This document shows positions 28,395 through 36,830 of a stretch of 64,000 bases of DNA, piece after piece (the first letter of the stretch is position 1; every line of letters starts with the position of its first letter). The notes under the pieces were generated by a model. It did no database searches, was not told where the DNA came from, and worked only from the letters and a program-made list of their open reading frames with translations. The translations under genes and the position numbers were made by a program. This DNA comes from an uncultured Rickettsiales bacterium (GTDB lineage: Bacteria; Pseudomonadota; Alphaproteobacteria; Rickettsiales; SXRF01): positions 1,450 through 65,449 of the forward strand of contig CAZFKP010000015.1 of assembly GCA_964518725.1 (NCBI GenBank). The letters are read 5' to 3'.

Positions 28395-28913
28395 ATGGCC
28401 GAAGATGCAGACAAACCAACCGACGAGAAGCCCGAAGTCGCTGAAGGCGAAGGCTCCCCCGAGGGTGGGAAGAAGAAGTCCAAGAAAAAGCTAATTATCA
28501 TCGGCGGATTGGCTGTGGTGTTGCTTGCCGGTGGTGGAGCGGCGGCGTATTTCATGGGAATGTTCGGCGGTGGTGATGGGCACGCAGAAGAAAAGACGGT
28601 GCAGGAACAGGTGGTCTATTATTCCATGCCGGAAATGATCATCAACCTCGCCGCTCCCGGCAAGCAGGCAAGCTTCCTCAAGGCCACGGTGATCCTTGAA
28701 TTGCAGCATAAGCTTGATGCCGTTACGGTGGAGGCCAACCTGCCCCGCCTGATGGATGCGTTCAACACCTATGTGCGCGAACTTCGCCCGAGCGATCTCT
28801 CCGGCTCGGCAGGCATCACCCGGCTGCGCGAGGAGTTGTTACTGCGCGCCAACAAAGCCCTCGAACCCACCAAAATCAATGATGTGTTGTTCAAGGAAAT
28901 TGTTGTCCAGTAA
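28395..28913 (+). CDS. fliL: Flagellar basal body-associated protein FliL
   Basis: 172 aa with a K-rich N-terminus, one TM helix (LIIIGGLAVVLLAGGGAAAYF) and the FliL body ...YYSMPEMIINLAAPGKQASFLKATVILEL.... Confidence 0.85.
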   Translation: MAEDADKPTDEKPEVAEGEGSPEGGKKKSKKKLIIIGGLAVVLLAGGGAAAYFMGMFGGGDGHAEEKTVQEQVVYYSMPEMIINLAAPGKQASFLKATVILELQHKLDAVTVEANLPRLMDAFNTYVRELRPSDLSGSAGITRLREELLLRANKALEPTKINDVLFKEIVVQ

Positions 28914-29754
28914 CCCTAGAGATTCTGGATTCACGCTCATTGAGCTGTCGATAGTCCTTATGATTATTGGCTTGCTGGTTGGTAGTATTGCGGGTGCACG
29001 CATCATGATCGCCAATGCTGATCTGCGCTCCGGCGTTGCCCAACTGGAATCATACAATCAGGCCGTTTATGCCTTCAAAAATAAATTTAACTGCCTGCCG
29101 GGAGATTGCATCAATAATAGGGCTATTGGCGGGCTAAATACCGGATATCATTGCGATAACGGCAATGGGGACGGACAGATCAATGACAGTTGTGGTGGCG
29201 GCTCTCTCTTGCCAGTCAGCGATGTGGAAGCATCGGCTTCGGCAGAGGCATGGCATTTCTGGTATATGCTATCGAGCATGCGCTACATTCCCGGCAGTTA
29301 TAATCCCGGCCAGGCTTACTCCATGGGGATTAACGCCGCCGCCTGGCCCATTTCATCGCCACTTACTAAATTCCCCTCGCAGCGGAATGCTGCCGCTTAT
29401 GATACGGTGCGTGTGTGGGCGTGGTTTTATGCCGGTTCTCATTACTGGGCATTTACCGGAGGAAATGTTGATGGAGCGTGCAACGGTTATGCTTTTTGCA
29501 TGCCCTTTACTCCTCTCACCGTATCGCTTGTCGATGTCAAAATGGATGATGGCATACCCGGCAGCGGCATTGTGGTAGCCACACGGCAAGGAACGGGATA
29601 CGGCGCCGATGGCAGCCCGCAATTCAACAACCCTTATACCACAGGAACTCCCGGCAATGCCGGATGCACGCTTACCACCGCCACACCGAACAGCTACAAC
29701 ATTACCTACACTGCCCAACCTTATTGCAACATGACGATCAAAACCAATTTTTAA
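28879..29754 (+). CDS. Prepilin-type N-terminal cleavage/methylation domain protein (type IV pilin or pseudopilin-like)
   Basis: The leader MMCCSRKLLSSNPRDSG is followed by FTLIELSIVLMIIGLLVG (Gly-1, Phe+1, Glu+5). A Cys-rich globular domain of about 270 aa follows. The ATG at 28879 overlaps the fliL 3' end, and an in-frame TTG at about 28897 is possible. The ORF-track start at 28756 is a 5' extension inside fliL. Confidence 0.72.
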   Translation: MMCCSRKLLSSNPRDSGFTLIELSIVLMIIGLLVGSIAGARIMIANADLRSGVAQLESYNQAVYAFKNKFNCLPGDCINNRAIGGLNTGYHCDNGNGDGQINDSCGGGSLLPVSDVEASASAEAWHFWYMLSSMRYIPGSYNPGQAYSMGINAAAWPISSPLTKFPSQRNAAAYDTVRVWAWFYAGSHYWAFTGGNVDGACNGYAFCMPFTPLTVSLVDVKMDDGIPGSGIVVATRQGTGYGADGSPQFNNPYTTGTPGNAGCTLTTATPNSYNITYTAQPYCNMTIKTNF

Positions 29755-29807
29755 GAATGGCATAACTCTTGCGAGTGGTATGCCTATAGTATAGCTATAG
29801 GTGCATT

Positions 29808-30896
29808 ATGGCCGACGAAAACCAACCCGAAATGACCGACGATGAAAAGGCCGCCGCCGAGTGGGAGGCCTCGCTTGCCAATGAAGGTGGTGATGGCGCC
29901 GCCGCTGCGGGAGGGGATGCGGAAGAACAAGCGCGCATTCTCAACCAGGACGAGATAGACTCGCTGCTGGGGTTTGATACCGTTTCTGGTGGTGGCCAAG
30001 CGAAAGATGGCATTTTTGCCATCCTCGACAAATCGATGACGGCGTATGAAAAACTGCCGATGATCGAGGTGGTGTTCGACCGCCTCGTGCGCCAGCTTTC
30101 CACCAGCTTCCGCAATTTCACTTCGGAAAACGTTGAGGTCAGCCTCGATTCCATGACCAGTGTACGTTTCGAGGATTACCTGAATTCGATCCCCCTCCCC
30201 GCGTTGCTGGTTATTTTCCGTGCCGTCGAGTGGGAGAATTACGGCATGGTGATGGTCGATTCCGCACAAATCTACACTATCGTCGATATTCTTCTCGGTG
30301 GCCGTAAATCGAGCAAGAAAAATGTCCGCGTCGAAGGTCGCCCCTACACGATTATCGAACAGGATTTGGTGAAGCGCATGGTGGATATTCTGCTCGCCGA
30401 CCTTGGCGCGGCATTCGAGCCGATCTCTCCGGCTACCTTCACCTTCGACCGGCTGGAAACCAACCCGCGATTCGCCACTATCAGCCGTCCGGCAAACCCG
30501 GCGCTTCTGGTCAAGTTCCGCGTTGATATGCTGGAAGATCGTGGTGGGTTTATCGAGCTGCTCTTGCCGCACGCCACACTCGAACCCATCCGCGACCTCC
30601 TGCTGCAAATGTTCATGGGCGAGAATTTCGGCCAGGATACGGTATGGGAAAAACATCTCGGCAAGGAGCTCCGCAATGCTGCGGTTACTGTCGAGACGGT
30701 GTTGCCGGAAAAAACCATTACCCTGAAAGATGTGATGAGCTTTAAAGTGGGGAGCACACTGCTGCTCGACTGCAACCCGGAGGATGAGGTGATGCTGCGT
30801 TGCGGCGGAGTGCCAATTACTACTGGCGTATTAGGGAAAGTTGGTGATAATATCGCCGTATCGCTTACGGAAGATATTAAACGCAAACCAAAATAA
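29808..30896 (+). CDS. fliM: Flagellar motor switch protein FliM
   Basis: 362 aa with the N-terminal ILNQDEIDSLLG (CheY-P binding LSQxEIDxLL motif) and middle and C-terminal SpoA-like regions. Confidence 0.93.
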   Translation: MADENQPEMTDDEKAAAEWEASLANEGGDGAAAAGGDAEEQARILNQDEIDSLLGFDTVSGGGQAKDGIFAILDKSMTAYEKLPMIEVVFDRLVRQLSTSFRNFTSENVEVSLDSMTSVRFEDYLNSIPLPALLVIFRAVEWENYGMVMVDSAQIYTIVDILLGGRKSSKKNVRVEGRPYTIIEQDLVKRMVDILLADLGAAFEPISPATFTFDRLETNPRFATISRPANPALLVKFRVDMLEDRGGFIELLLPHATLEPIRDLLLQMFMGENFGQDTVWEKHLGKELRNAAVTVETVLPEKTITLKDVMSFKVGSTLLLDCNPEDEVMLRCGGVPITTGVLGKVGDNIAVSLTEDIKRKPK

Positions 30897-30903
30897 CTAA
30901 CAA

Positions 30904-31515
30904 ATGACCGGTCTTATCGCCAACGTGCTTTTGAATGTGTTATTGGTCGGGCTGCTTGCGGCCACCATTATTTATTGCGTTATCCTCAACCGCCGTATCC
31001 AAACCTTGCAGGATAGCAAAAGCGAGCTTGCCACGCTGCTGATGCAATTTGACGAATCGACCATCCGTGCCTCGGAAACCATCGTCGCGATGCAAACGGC
31101 CAGCAAAAAAATCGGCGATAATATCCAGCTCAAGCTCGACAAAGCCAATTACCTGCTTGATGATTTGTCCTATGCCATCGAAAAAGGCACCCGGCTTTCC
31201 AGCCAGATTGAGGCGAGCTTCGCCGTTGGCCGTGCACGTAACAAAGCCATGACGGAAACCGCTCCCCATGTGAATGACCACACGTTGCACGTAACACCGG
31301 AAGACATGGAAGTGCCGCCGCCTGTCTCCGAAAAACACGCCTCCAAGCCATCCACGAAACGTCCGCCGGCTTCGATTGAGGCGTTGCTTGAAAAAGTGGT
31401 CAGCCGTAAGCAGCATATGCAGGAAACGGCAGCGAATGACCCCAAGGAACCCGCCGCTGGCCGCTCCCGCGCCGAGCAGGAACTGATCGACCTGATCCGC
31501 AGTAGCAAGGGGTAA
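30904..31515 (+). CDS. Flagellar-cluster membrane coiled-coil protein (uncharacterised; resembles the DUF6468-type proteins found next to motE)
   Basis: 203 aa with an N-terminal TM helix (LLNVLLVGLLAATIIYCVIL) and then a coiled-coil. It lies between fliM and motE. Confidence 0.5.
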   Translation: MTGLIANVLLNVLLVGLLAATIIYCVILNRRIQTLQDSKSELATLLMQFDESTIRASETIVAMQTASKKIGDNIQLKLDKANYLLDDLSYAIEKGTRLSSQIEASFAVGRARNKAMTETAPHVNDHTLHVTPEDMEVPPPVSEKHASKPSTKRPPASIEALLEKVVSRKQHMQETAANDPKEPAAGRSRAEQELIDLIRSSKG

Positions 31516-31518
31516 GCC

Positions 31519-32292
31519 ATGTCACTACGTGTGCGTATCATTCCGCTGACGGTTGTCGTGGCCTCCCTGTTTATGATGGTGAAGATGGTTGACCTGATCC
31601 AGGGTGGGCAGCAACTTTCCGAGTCGTTGCTGATTGCGCGTGTGGGTGCAGAAACGGCTCCAGCTCCCGCGCCTGACGAAAAACCGGAAACAAAGAAAGA
31701 AGACGCGCCAGCAACAAAAGACGAGAAAAAAGAAGGGGAAAAGGAAGGCGATAAAAAAGAAGGCAAGGAGGAGAAAGAAGAGCCTAAAAAAGGCGAGAAC
31801 CCCAACGTGTCCGACACCACCGGTGATATTGCCGACCGTCGTTTTACGACGGTTGAGCTGGAGCTTCTGCAAAAACTCTCTAAACGTCGCGAAGAGCTTG
31901 CCAATTGGGAAGCCAACCTGCAGATCAAAGAAACCACGCTGGACGCGACGGAAAAACGCATCGATGATAAAATTCAGCAGGTAGAAGCCATGAAAAAGGC
32001 AGTGAGTGCCGCTCTTGCCGAATATAATAAAATTGAGGATACCGAGCTTACAAGCCTTGTAAAAATTTATGAGAACATGAAGCCGGGCGATGCGGCGCGC
32101 ATTTTTGACGAGTTGGAACGCCCAATCCTGCTGTTGATCGTGGATCGCATGTCGGAGAAAAAAGCCGCTCCGATCCTCGCCGCAATGGATCCTAAACGTG
32201 CCAAGCTGGTGACGGTTGATCTTGCCGAACAGCGCCGTCTAAAAAATAACAGCATGAGCGCCGCTTCCGCCATGGCCGATAAGAAGCCGTAG
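31519..32292 (+). CDS. motE: MotE-family flagellar protein (MgtE-N/FlbB-like domain)
   Basis: Signal/anchor sequence, a K/E-rich low-complexity linker and a C-terminal ...LVKIYENMKPGDAARIFDELERPILLLIVDRMSEKKAAPILAAMDPKRA... MgtE-N type domain. Confidence 0.7.
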   Translation: MSLRVRIIPLTVVVASLFMMVKMVDLIQGGQQLSESLLIARVGAETAPAPAPDEKPETKKEDAPATKDEKKEGEKEGDKKEGKEEKEEPKKGENPNVSDTTGDIADRRFTTVELELLQKLSKRREELANWEANLQIKETTLDATEKRIDDKIQQVEAMKKAVSAALAEYNKIEDTELTSLVKIYENMKPGDAARIFDELERPILLLIVDRMSEKKAAPILAAMDPKRAKLVTVDLAEQRRLKNNSMSAASAMADKKP

Positions 32293-32312
32293 GCGATGAG
32301 TGTGAGGCACGC

Positions 32313-33668
32313 GTGATTCACCCAGAAATTTTCCGTGAGTACGATATCCGTGGCGTGACCACGGATAATTTTACCGGTGAGGTGGTCGCCGCAATCGCGC
32401 GCGCCTTCGCCGGAAAAGCCGGCGGTACGGTGGTCATTGCCCGCGACGGCAGGTTATCCTCACCGGCACTCGCTAAAGCATTGGCGGCCGGTTTGCGTGA
32501 CGGCGGCTGCGATGTGGTCGATATCGGCCTCGCCCCAACCCCGATGCTGTATTACGCCACCACCACGCTCAACGCCGCAGGCGGCGTCATGCTTACCGGT
32601 TCGCATAACCCGCCCGACCATAACGGCATGAAATTCATGCTGCACGGAAAAGCCTTTTATGGCGCGCAGATCCAGCAGTTACGGGAAATTGCCGAACAGG
32701 CAAACGCCGGTGCCGGCGCGAGCATGGGCAACTATTCTGAACTCACTATCCAGCGCGAATATCTTCACGCGCTACATGAAGCCTATGATGGCACCCGTGA
32801 TCTGAAAGTAGCATGGGACGCAGGTAATGGTGCTACCGGTGAGGTGATGGCAGCACTCTGCGCTACCCTGCCCGGCACGCACATCACCTTAAACGAAACA
32901 ATCGACGGCACCTTCCCAGCGCATCATCCCGACCCCACCATCCCCAAAAATCTTGTGCAATTGATAGATAGGGTCAGGAAAGAACAATGCGACCTTGGGA
33001 TTGCCTTTGATGGCGATGGCGACCGCATCGGCGTGGTGGATAATGAAGGCGAAATCCTCTGGGGCGACCAGCTATTGATGCTGTATGCCGCCGATATCCT
33101 GAAAAAACTCCCGGGTGCCACCATCATTGCCGATGTGAAAGCGTCCGGCGCCTTGTTCGACGAGGTGAAACGCCTGGGTGGCGTACCGCTAATGTGGAAA
33201 ACCGGACATTCGTTGATTAAATCCAAAATGGCGGAAACGAAAGCGCCGCTGGCCGGTGAAATGAGCGGCCATATTTTCTTCGCCGATAAATATTACGGGT
33301 TTGACGATGCGCTCTATGCCGCGGTGCGCCTGATCGGCGTGCTGTCACGCAGCGGTAAGACACTCTCCGAGTTGCGCGATGCCTTGCCCAAGCGGATCAA
33401 TACCCCGGAAATCCGCTTTGCCTGTGATGATACGCGGAAATTTGATGTCATCAGCGAAGTCAAATCCAGGCTCAAGGCGGCGGGCGCCGATTTTTCAGAT
33501 GTGGACGGCGTGCGGGTGAACACACCCGACGGCTGGTGGCTGCTGCGCGCCTCCAACACCCAGCCGATGCTGGTGGCGCGTTGCGAAGCTCAGGATTTCT
33601 CAGGTTTAGCGGCACTGAAACAAGACTTGCAGAAGGAACTCGCATTCAGTAATGTCGCCCTTCCCTAG
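32313..33668 (+). CDS. Phosphomannomutase/phosphoglucomutase
   Basis: 451 aa from a GTG start. It has TGSHNPPDHNGMKF (phosphoserine loop), FDGDGDR (Mg site) and GEMSGHIFF. Confidence 0.9.
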   Translation: MIHPEIFREYDIRGVTTDNFTGEVVAAIARAFAGKAGGTVVIARDGRLSSPALAKALAAGLRDGGCDVVDIGLAPTPMLYYATTTLNAAGGVMLTGSHNPPDHNGMKFMLHGKAFYGAQIQQLREIAEQANAGAGASMGNYSELTIQREYLHALHEAYDGTRDLKVAWDAGNGATGEVMAALCATLPGTHITLNETIDGTFPAHHPDPTIPKNLVQLIDRVRKEQCDLGIAFDGDGDRIGVVDNEGEILWGDQLLMLYAADILKKLPGATIIADVKASGALFDEVKRLGGVPLMWKTGHSLIKSKMAETKAPLAGEMSGHIFFADKYYGFDDALYAAVRLIGVLSRSGKTLSELRDALPKRINTPEIRFACDDTRKFDVISEVKSRLKAAGADFSDVDGVRVNTPDGWWLLRASNTQPMLVARCEAQDFSGLAALKQDLQKELAFSNVALP

Positions 33669-33851
33669 GTCTTAAGCTGCCTCCGTTCGCGCCTGCTGGC
33701 GCTCACATGAGGCCTCGCTCAAGGCTGGCGCGGCCTGCTTGCCGCGCTTTATTTGATTTCAGGCGCAGAACCGCTTCAAGCCTGAAATCGGCAATATGAA
33801 GCGCTTAAAAGTACACTGAGCGAAGCGAAGAACTTTTAAGTGAATTAGTGT

Positions 33852-33928
33852 CGGAGTGTGGCGCAGCCCGGTAGCGCACTTGCATGGGGTGCAAGGGGTC
33901 GAAGGTTCGAATCCTTTCACTCCGACCA
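33852..33928 (+). tRNA. tRNA-Pro (anticodon GGG)
   Basis: 77-nt cloverleaf folded by hand. Acceptor CGGAGTG/CACTCCG, D arm GCGC-AGCCCGGTA-GCGC, anticodon arm CTTGC-ATGGGGT-GCAAG, T arm GAAGG-TTCGAAT-CCTTT, and an encoded CCA. Confidence 0.9.
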
Positions 33929-33945
33929 TTTTAATCTGAACCGCC

Positions 33946-33959
33946 GCAGGTTCTGAACC
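33946..33959. repeat. Left copy of a 14-bp direct repeat gcaggttctgaacc (T-arm-like hairpin GCAGG-TTCTGAA-CCTGC)
   Basis: It is identical to 35112-35125. Related ggttctgaaatcc occurs at 33975-33987. An exact 13-nt copy of the tRNA-Pro T arm (aggttcgaatcct) lies at 34038-34050. Confidence 0.65.
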
Positions 33960-34068
33960 TGCCTCAAAACGTGCGGTTCTGAAATCCCAATGTTTGACCT
34001 CCCCCAAATTAAGAGTATTGTTTCACCTAGTGTTTTTAGGTTCGAATCCTGTGAGGAGGGGTTGTTAT

Positions 34069-34974
34069 ATGTCTGTAAATACTTACGCATTCGAATGTAA
34101 AATCAATACACTTGCTTCATGCGTCGGAAAAATGCCTCTGAATTCTAATTCTTTTGAATTTGAGGGGATAAAATTTGCTCACTGGGAATTTAACTTTGCC
34201 GAAGGATGGAAACCAGGGGGGTGGCTTGTTACAGGCAAGACTCAAGCAGGCACATTTCATGAAGCACGCATAGCGTTGTGGCATAAATTAAATGATTTGA
34301 TTCCGAAAATTGCCATGATTTCGCAGTGCTACACTGAGTATTTGCAGGAACCATTTATTATCCATCGATTAGACACCGATGTTGCTTTGTTTTACTACTC
34401 GAAAGCAACAAGTGGTGTCCCATTACATTTTGATGAAGAATCACAAGAAGCACTTGCTCTTTTGGCAAATAAAGAACTTTCCAATGAGTTTTATTATTAC
34501 TGGAACGATATGCTCAATAACACGGGTTATCCTGCAAAGATTTTGCTAATTTGCTCAGCTTTAGAAGCATTAGGAAAAGCATTGGGAAAAGACAAGGGCG
34601 CATTTAGAAAAGAAGTTCTTGGTGATGTTCTGAGTAAAAAAGTCTTTGAAAAGGACAACCAAGGCATCAGACACAGACTGACTCATGGAGAGTATTTTTC
34701 GCCAAAAGATGCGGGAGAAGATTACCTTACTCAAATCTACGAAAAGATAATTCAATATTTTAATGATGTGATATTAAAGAAGCACCTCATCAGAAACGTG
34801 GTCAATCCGCAGCGACATCCATGGGGAAATAAAAAAGCAGGCTATTACTATTTAAAAAAGAAACCTGAGGATTTGTTCTCTCTTAAAGAGATGCTTGATG
34901 CTTTTGATAAAGATTTTGATGGATCTATTGCGAAGTTTGAGATGCTCACCCGCGATGAAGCAGAAAACTCATAA
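34069..34974 (+). CDS. Hypothetical protein with HEPN-like Rx4H motif (islet cargo)
   Basis: 301 aa from the ATG at 34069, preceded by a gaggagg RBS. GC is about 40% against about 57% in neighbouring genes. The C-terminal helical region contains GIRHRLTHGEY (R-x4-H, nt 34669-34686). Confidence 0.55.
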   Translation: MSVNTYAFECKINTLASCVGKMPLNSNSFEFEGIKFAHWEFNFAEGWKPGGWLVTGKTQAGTFHEARIALWHKLNDLIPKIAMISQCYTEYLQEPFIIHRLDTDVALFYYSKATSGVPLHFDEESQEALALLANKELSNEFYYYWNDMLNNTGYPAKILLICSALEALGKALGKDKGAFRKEVLGDVLSKKVFEKDNQGIRHRLTHGEYFSPKDAGEDYLTQIYEKIIQYFNDVILKKHLIRNVVNPQRHPWGNKKAGYYYLKKKPEDLFSLKEMLDAFDKDFDGSIAKFEMLTRDEAENS

Positions 34975-35111
34975 CATCTACATGATGTATAGCACTATAC
35001 CTCTCGTAATACTAAGTATTCCATATCAGAAGTTACCCTCTCCACCATCTGCGGAATGTGCATATACTTCTTTGCAATCCACATCTGTAAAATCAATAGC
35101 CTACGCTCATG

Positions 35112-35146
35112 GCAGGTTCTGAACCCGTCCACGAGGGTCGACCATT
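35112..35146. repeat. Right copy of the 14-bp direct repeat plus a degenerate tRNA 3'-end-like sequence (att-like)
   Basis: gcaggttctgaacc is followed by cgtccacgagggtcGACCATT. GACCATT matches the 3' end and flank of tRNA-Pro (33924-33930). Confidence 0.5.
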
Positions 35147-35159
35147 AAACTAAATTACT

Positions 35160-36329
35160 TTAGTCGCCATAGGGTGGGGAGTGCCTTCCTGCCGCAGGAT
35201 TGATTGGGGATCTTGGCGCTACTGCAGCAGTGTGGTGGCCTACTATGGATGCTGGGGCAGGCGCCCATTTTGCCGCTGTCATCTGTTCTTTTGAACACAA
35301 TTTTACCGAATTCAGGAAATGGTGAATGTCATCAAAATGCACTGCGGCAGCGGTTGCGCGTCCACCACCGTCCCTGGCAATAGTAGTTTTTAGGTACTTT
35401 GCGATTTCACCGACATCCGGTACTCCATTTGAACGCAAGGAAAGCGATACGCCTGCATCACCATTGACATTCCAGATTCCAACGACATCATACCCCTCCG
35501 CCGCTTTAAGGAATGCCTGATCAATGCGCCGGTTATATTGCAGGACGTTGGCGTTGATAAGGGGAACCCACATCGGCGGCATGCCAGGAAGCAATTCCAG
35601 ACTGGCATAGGTCATCGAATTCTTGAGAGCTTTCTGTATCTGACTGAATTGTCCGGCAATCATGGAATTGCCACTCGCAACCATTTCGCTATCTTTTAAA
35701 TTAATGAGGTAATCGATTGCCTGAAACGCCATCTCCGGAGTTGAGATATCCTCCCCGTCGATCAGCGCCGCCCTTGCCCATTCATCATCGGCTTCAAGGC
35801 TGTCCGCCTCCATTTTTCCTATCCAGTTAAATAGGTCTGGAGCTAGTTTGCCAGGATTAAAATGTTCCCATGCCAGCAAAGCCGCCGCAGGTTTTTTGGA
35901 ATCCAATATCAGGTCAAGATTCGGTTTGGGAGAGGTTTGCGTCTCGCCCGTGCCAGCGTCCTGCCTATGGGTATTTGCATAGTTCTGAAGGCGCCGAATT
36001 TCGGATGAATGGTGATCCACAATGGTAATGGTAGCGATGTTTGGGCGACCATCGGTAGGGCGGAATAATAAATCCAATGTTTGATTGTCAGGTGCTGTAT
36101 CAAGAAAAATGATGCGGCCGCCTGAATTTAAATGAGCACAATTTTGTAGAATCTTATCTTGCCTAAACAAATCATAACCAACCGGCACATATCGAACTTT
36201 TTCTCCAAGCCCATCATCATTTAATGATTCATTGAATGCCCACGCGGCGGCGGCGCCATCAATATCGTCGTCGTAAAATACAAGGATGTCTGTTGGTTCG
36301 CTCATACGGCCACTTTGATTAACGTTCAT
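35160..36329 (-). CDS. DHH/DHHA1-family phosphoesterase
   Basis: 389 aa with motif I YDDDIDGAAAAWAF, motif II IFLDTAP, motif III ITIVDHHSS and a DHHA1-type GGGRATAAAV. Confidence 0.72.
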   Translation of the reverse strand: MNVNQSGRMSEPTDILVFYDDDIDGAAAAWAFNESLNDDGLGEKVRYVPVGYDLFRQDKILQNCAHLNSGGRIIFLDTAPDNQTLDLLFRPTDGRPNIATITIVDHHSSEIRRLQNYANTHRQDAGTGETQTSPKPNLDLILDSKKPAAALLAWEHFNPGKLAPDLFNWIGKMEADSLEADDEWARAALIDGEDISTPEMAFQAIDYLINLKDSEMVASGNSMIAGQFSQIQKALKNSMTYASLELLPGMPPMWVPLINANVLQYNRRIDQAFLKAAEGYDVVGIWNVNGDAGVSLSLRSNGVPDVGEIAKYLKTTIARDGGGRATAAAVHFDDIHHFLNSVKLCSKEQMTAAKWAPAPASIVGHHTAAVAPRSPINPAAGRHSPPYGD

Positions 36330-36478
36330 TCAGGCTATCAGCAGAAATTAAATAATACGTAAAATTGTGGCTTATGTCCATCCTGTTGGAAATAATGGTG
36401 ATTCTACTATATCTAGCTGGCCATGGTCGTTAAACAGCAGAGAACAACATGATTTGGTGTGGTTTGGACGACACGCGC

Positions 36479-36745
36479 CTAGTAAACCAGCCGTTCGACC
36501 AGTATTTTCTCACACGCTTTAAAAATGATATAGAACACGGTCGCGGCCATGCCGTAAGCGATTAGCTCCAGCAGCTGCATCACGGCGCCTTCCCGCAGCG
36601 CATCTCCGCCATATTGAGAAATAAAATCGAAATTCGCATGAAACACCGTGAAAAGATTGACTGAGCAAAGCCCAAACGCCAGCGCACTCAGGCACATTAT
36701 CGTGAAGGTCACTAGCCAATGGCACTTAAGGATTTTCTTGATCAT
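36479..36745 (-). CDS. Small two-TM membrane protein (hypothetical)
   Basis: 88-aa ORF with two hydrophobic helices (WLVTFTIMCLSALAFGLCSV and LLELIAYGMAATVFYIIF). I recognise no family. Confidence 0.4.
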   Translation of the reverse strand: MIKKILKCHWLVTFTIMCLSALAFGLCSVNLFTVFHANFDFISQYGGDALREGAVMQLLELIAYGMAATVFYIIFKACEKILVERLVY

Positions 36746-36830
36746 GCACGCCTAGCTAGGATGGTTTTGTGCACGCTGTCAAGCCACTCGGATAGACAGC
36801 CGTCAAAATACGTGGGAAGGTTACTTATCT

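Noticed and set aside
29784-30886. 290-aa and 180-aa minus-strand ORFs
   Set aside because: Both are antisense to fliM and are shadow frames.
31660-31810. Repetitive GAA/AAA/AAG-rich tract, considered as a possible CRISPR or tandem-repeat locus
   Set aside because: It is in-frame K/E/G low-complexity coding sequence of the MotE-like protein. It has no repeat-spacer architecture.
31170-31961. 263-aa Ser-rich minus-strand ORF
   Set aside because: It is antisense to the K/E-rich motE and upstream gene. Its low-complexity Ser/Phe repeats are simply the complement of the GAA/AAG-rich coding repeats.
33669-33851. Two hairpins upstream of tRNA-Pro (gatttcaggc...gcctgaaatc at about 33759-33793; cttaaaagt...acttttaag at about 33805-33841), considered as a small RNA gene
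   Set aside because: The stems are clear, and they probably act as the terminator of the phosphomannomutase gene or as REP-like structures. There is no conserved RNA family signature that I can recognise. The cagaaccgc segment is related to the ggttctgaa repeats already reported for the islet.
33759-34007. 82-aa minus-strand ORF
   Set aside because: It overlaps tRNA-Pro completely, so it is an artefact.
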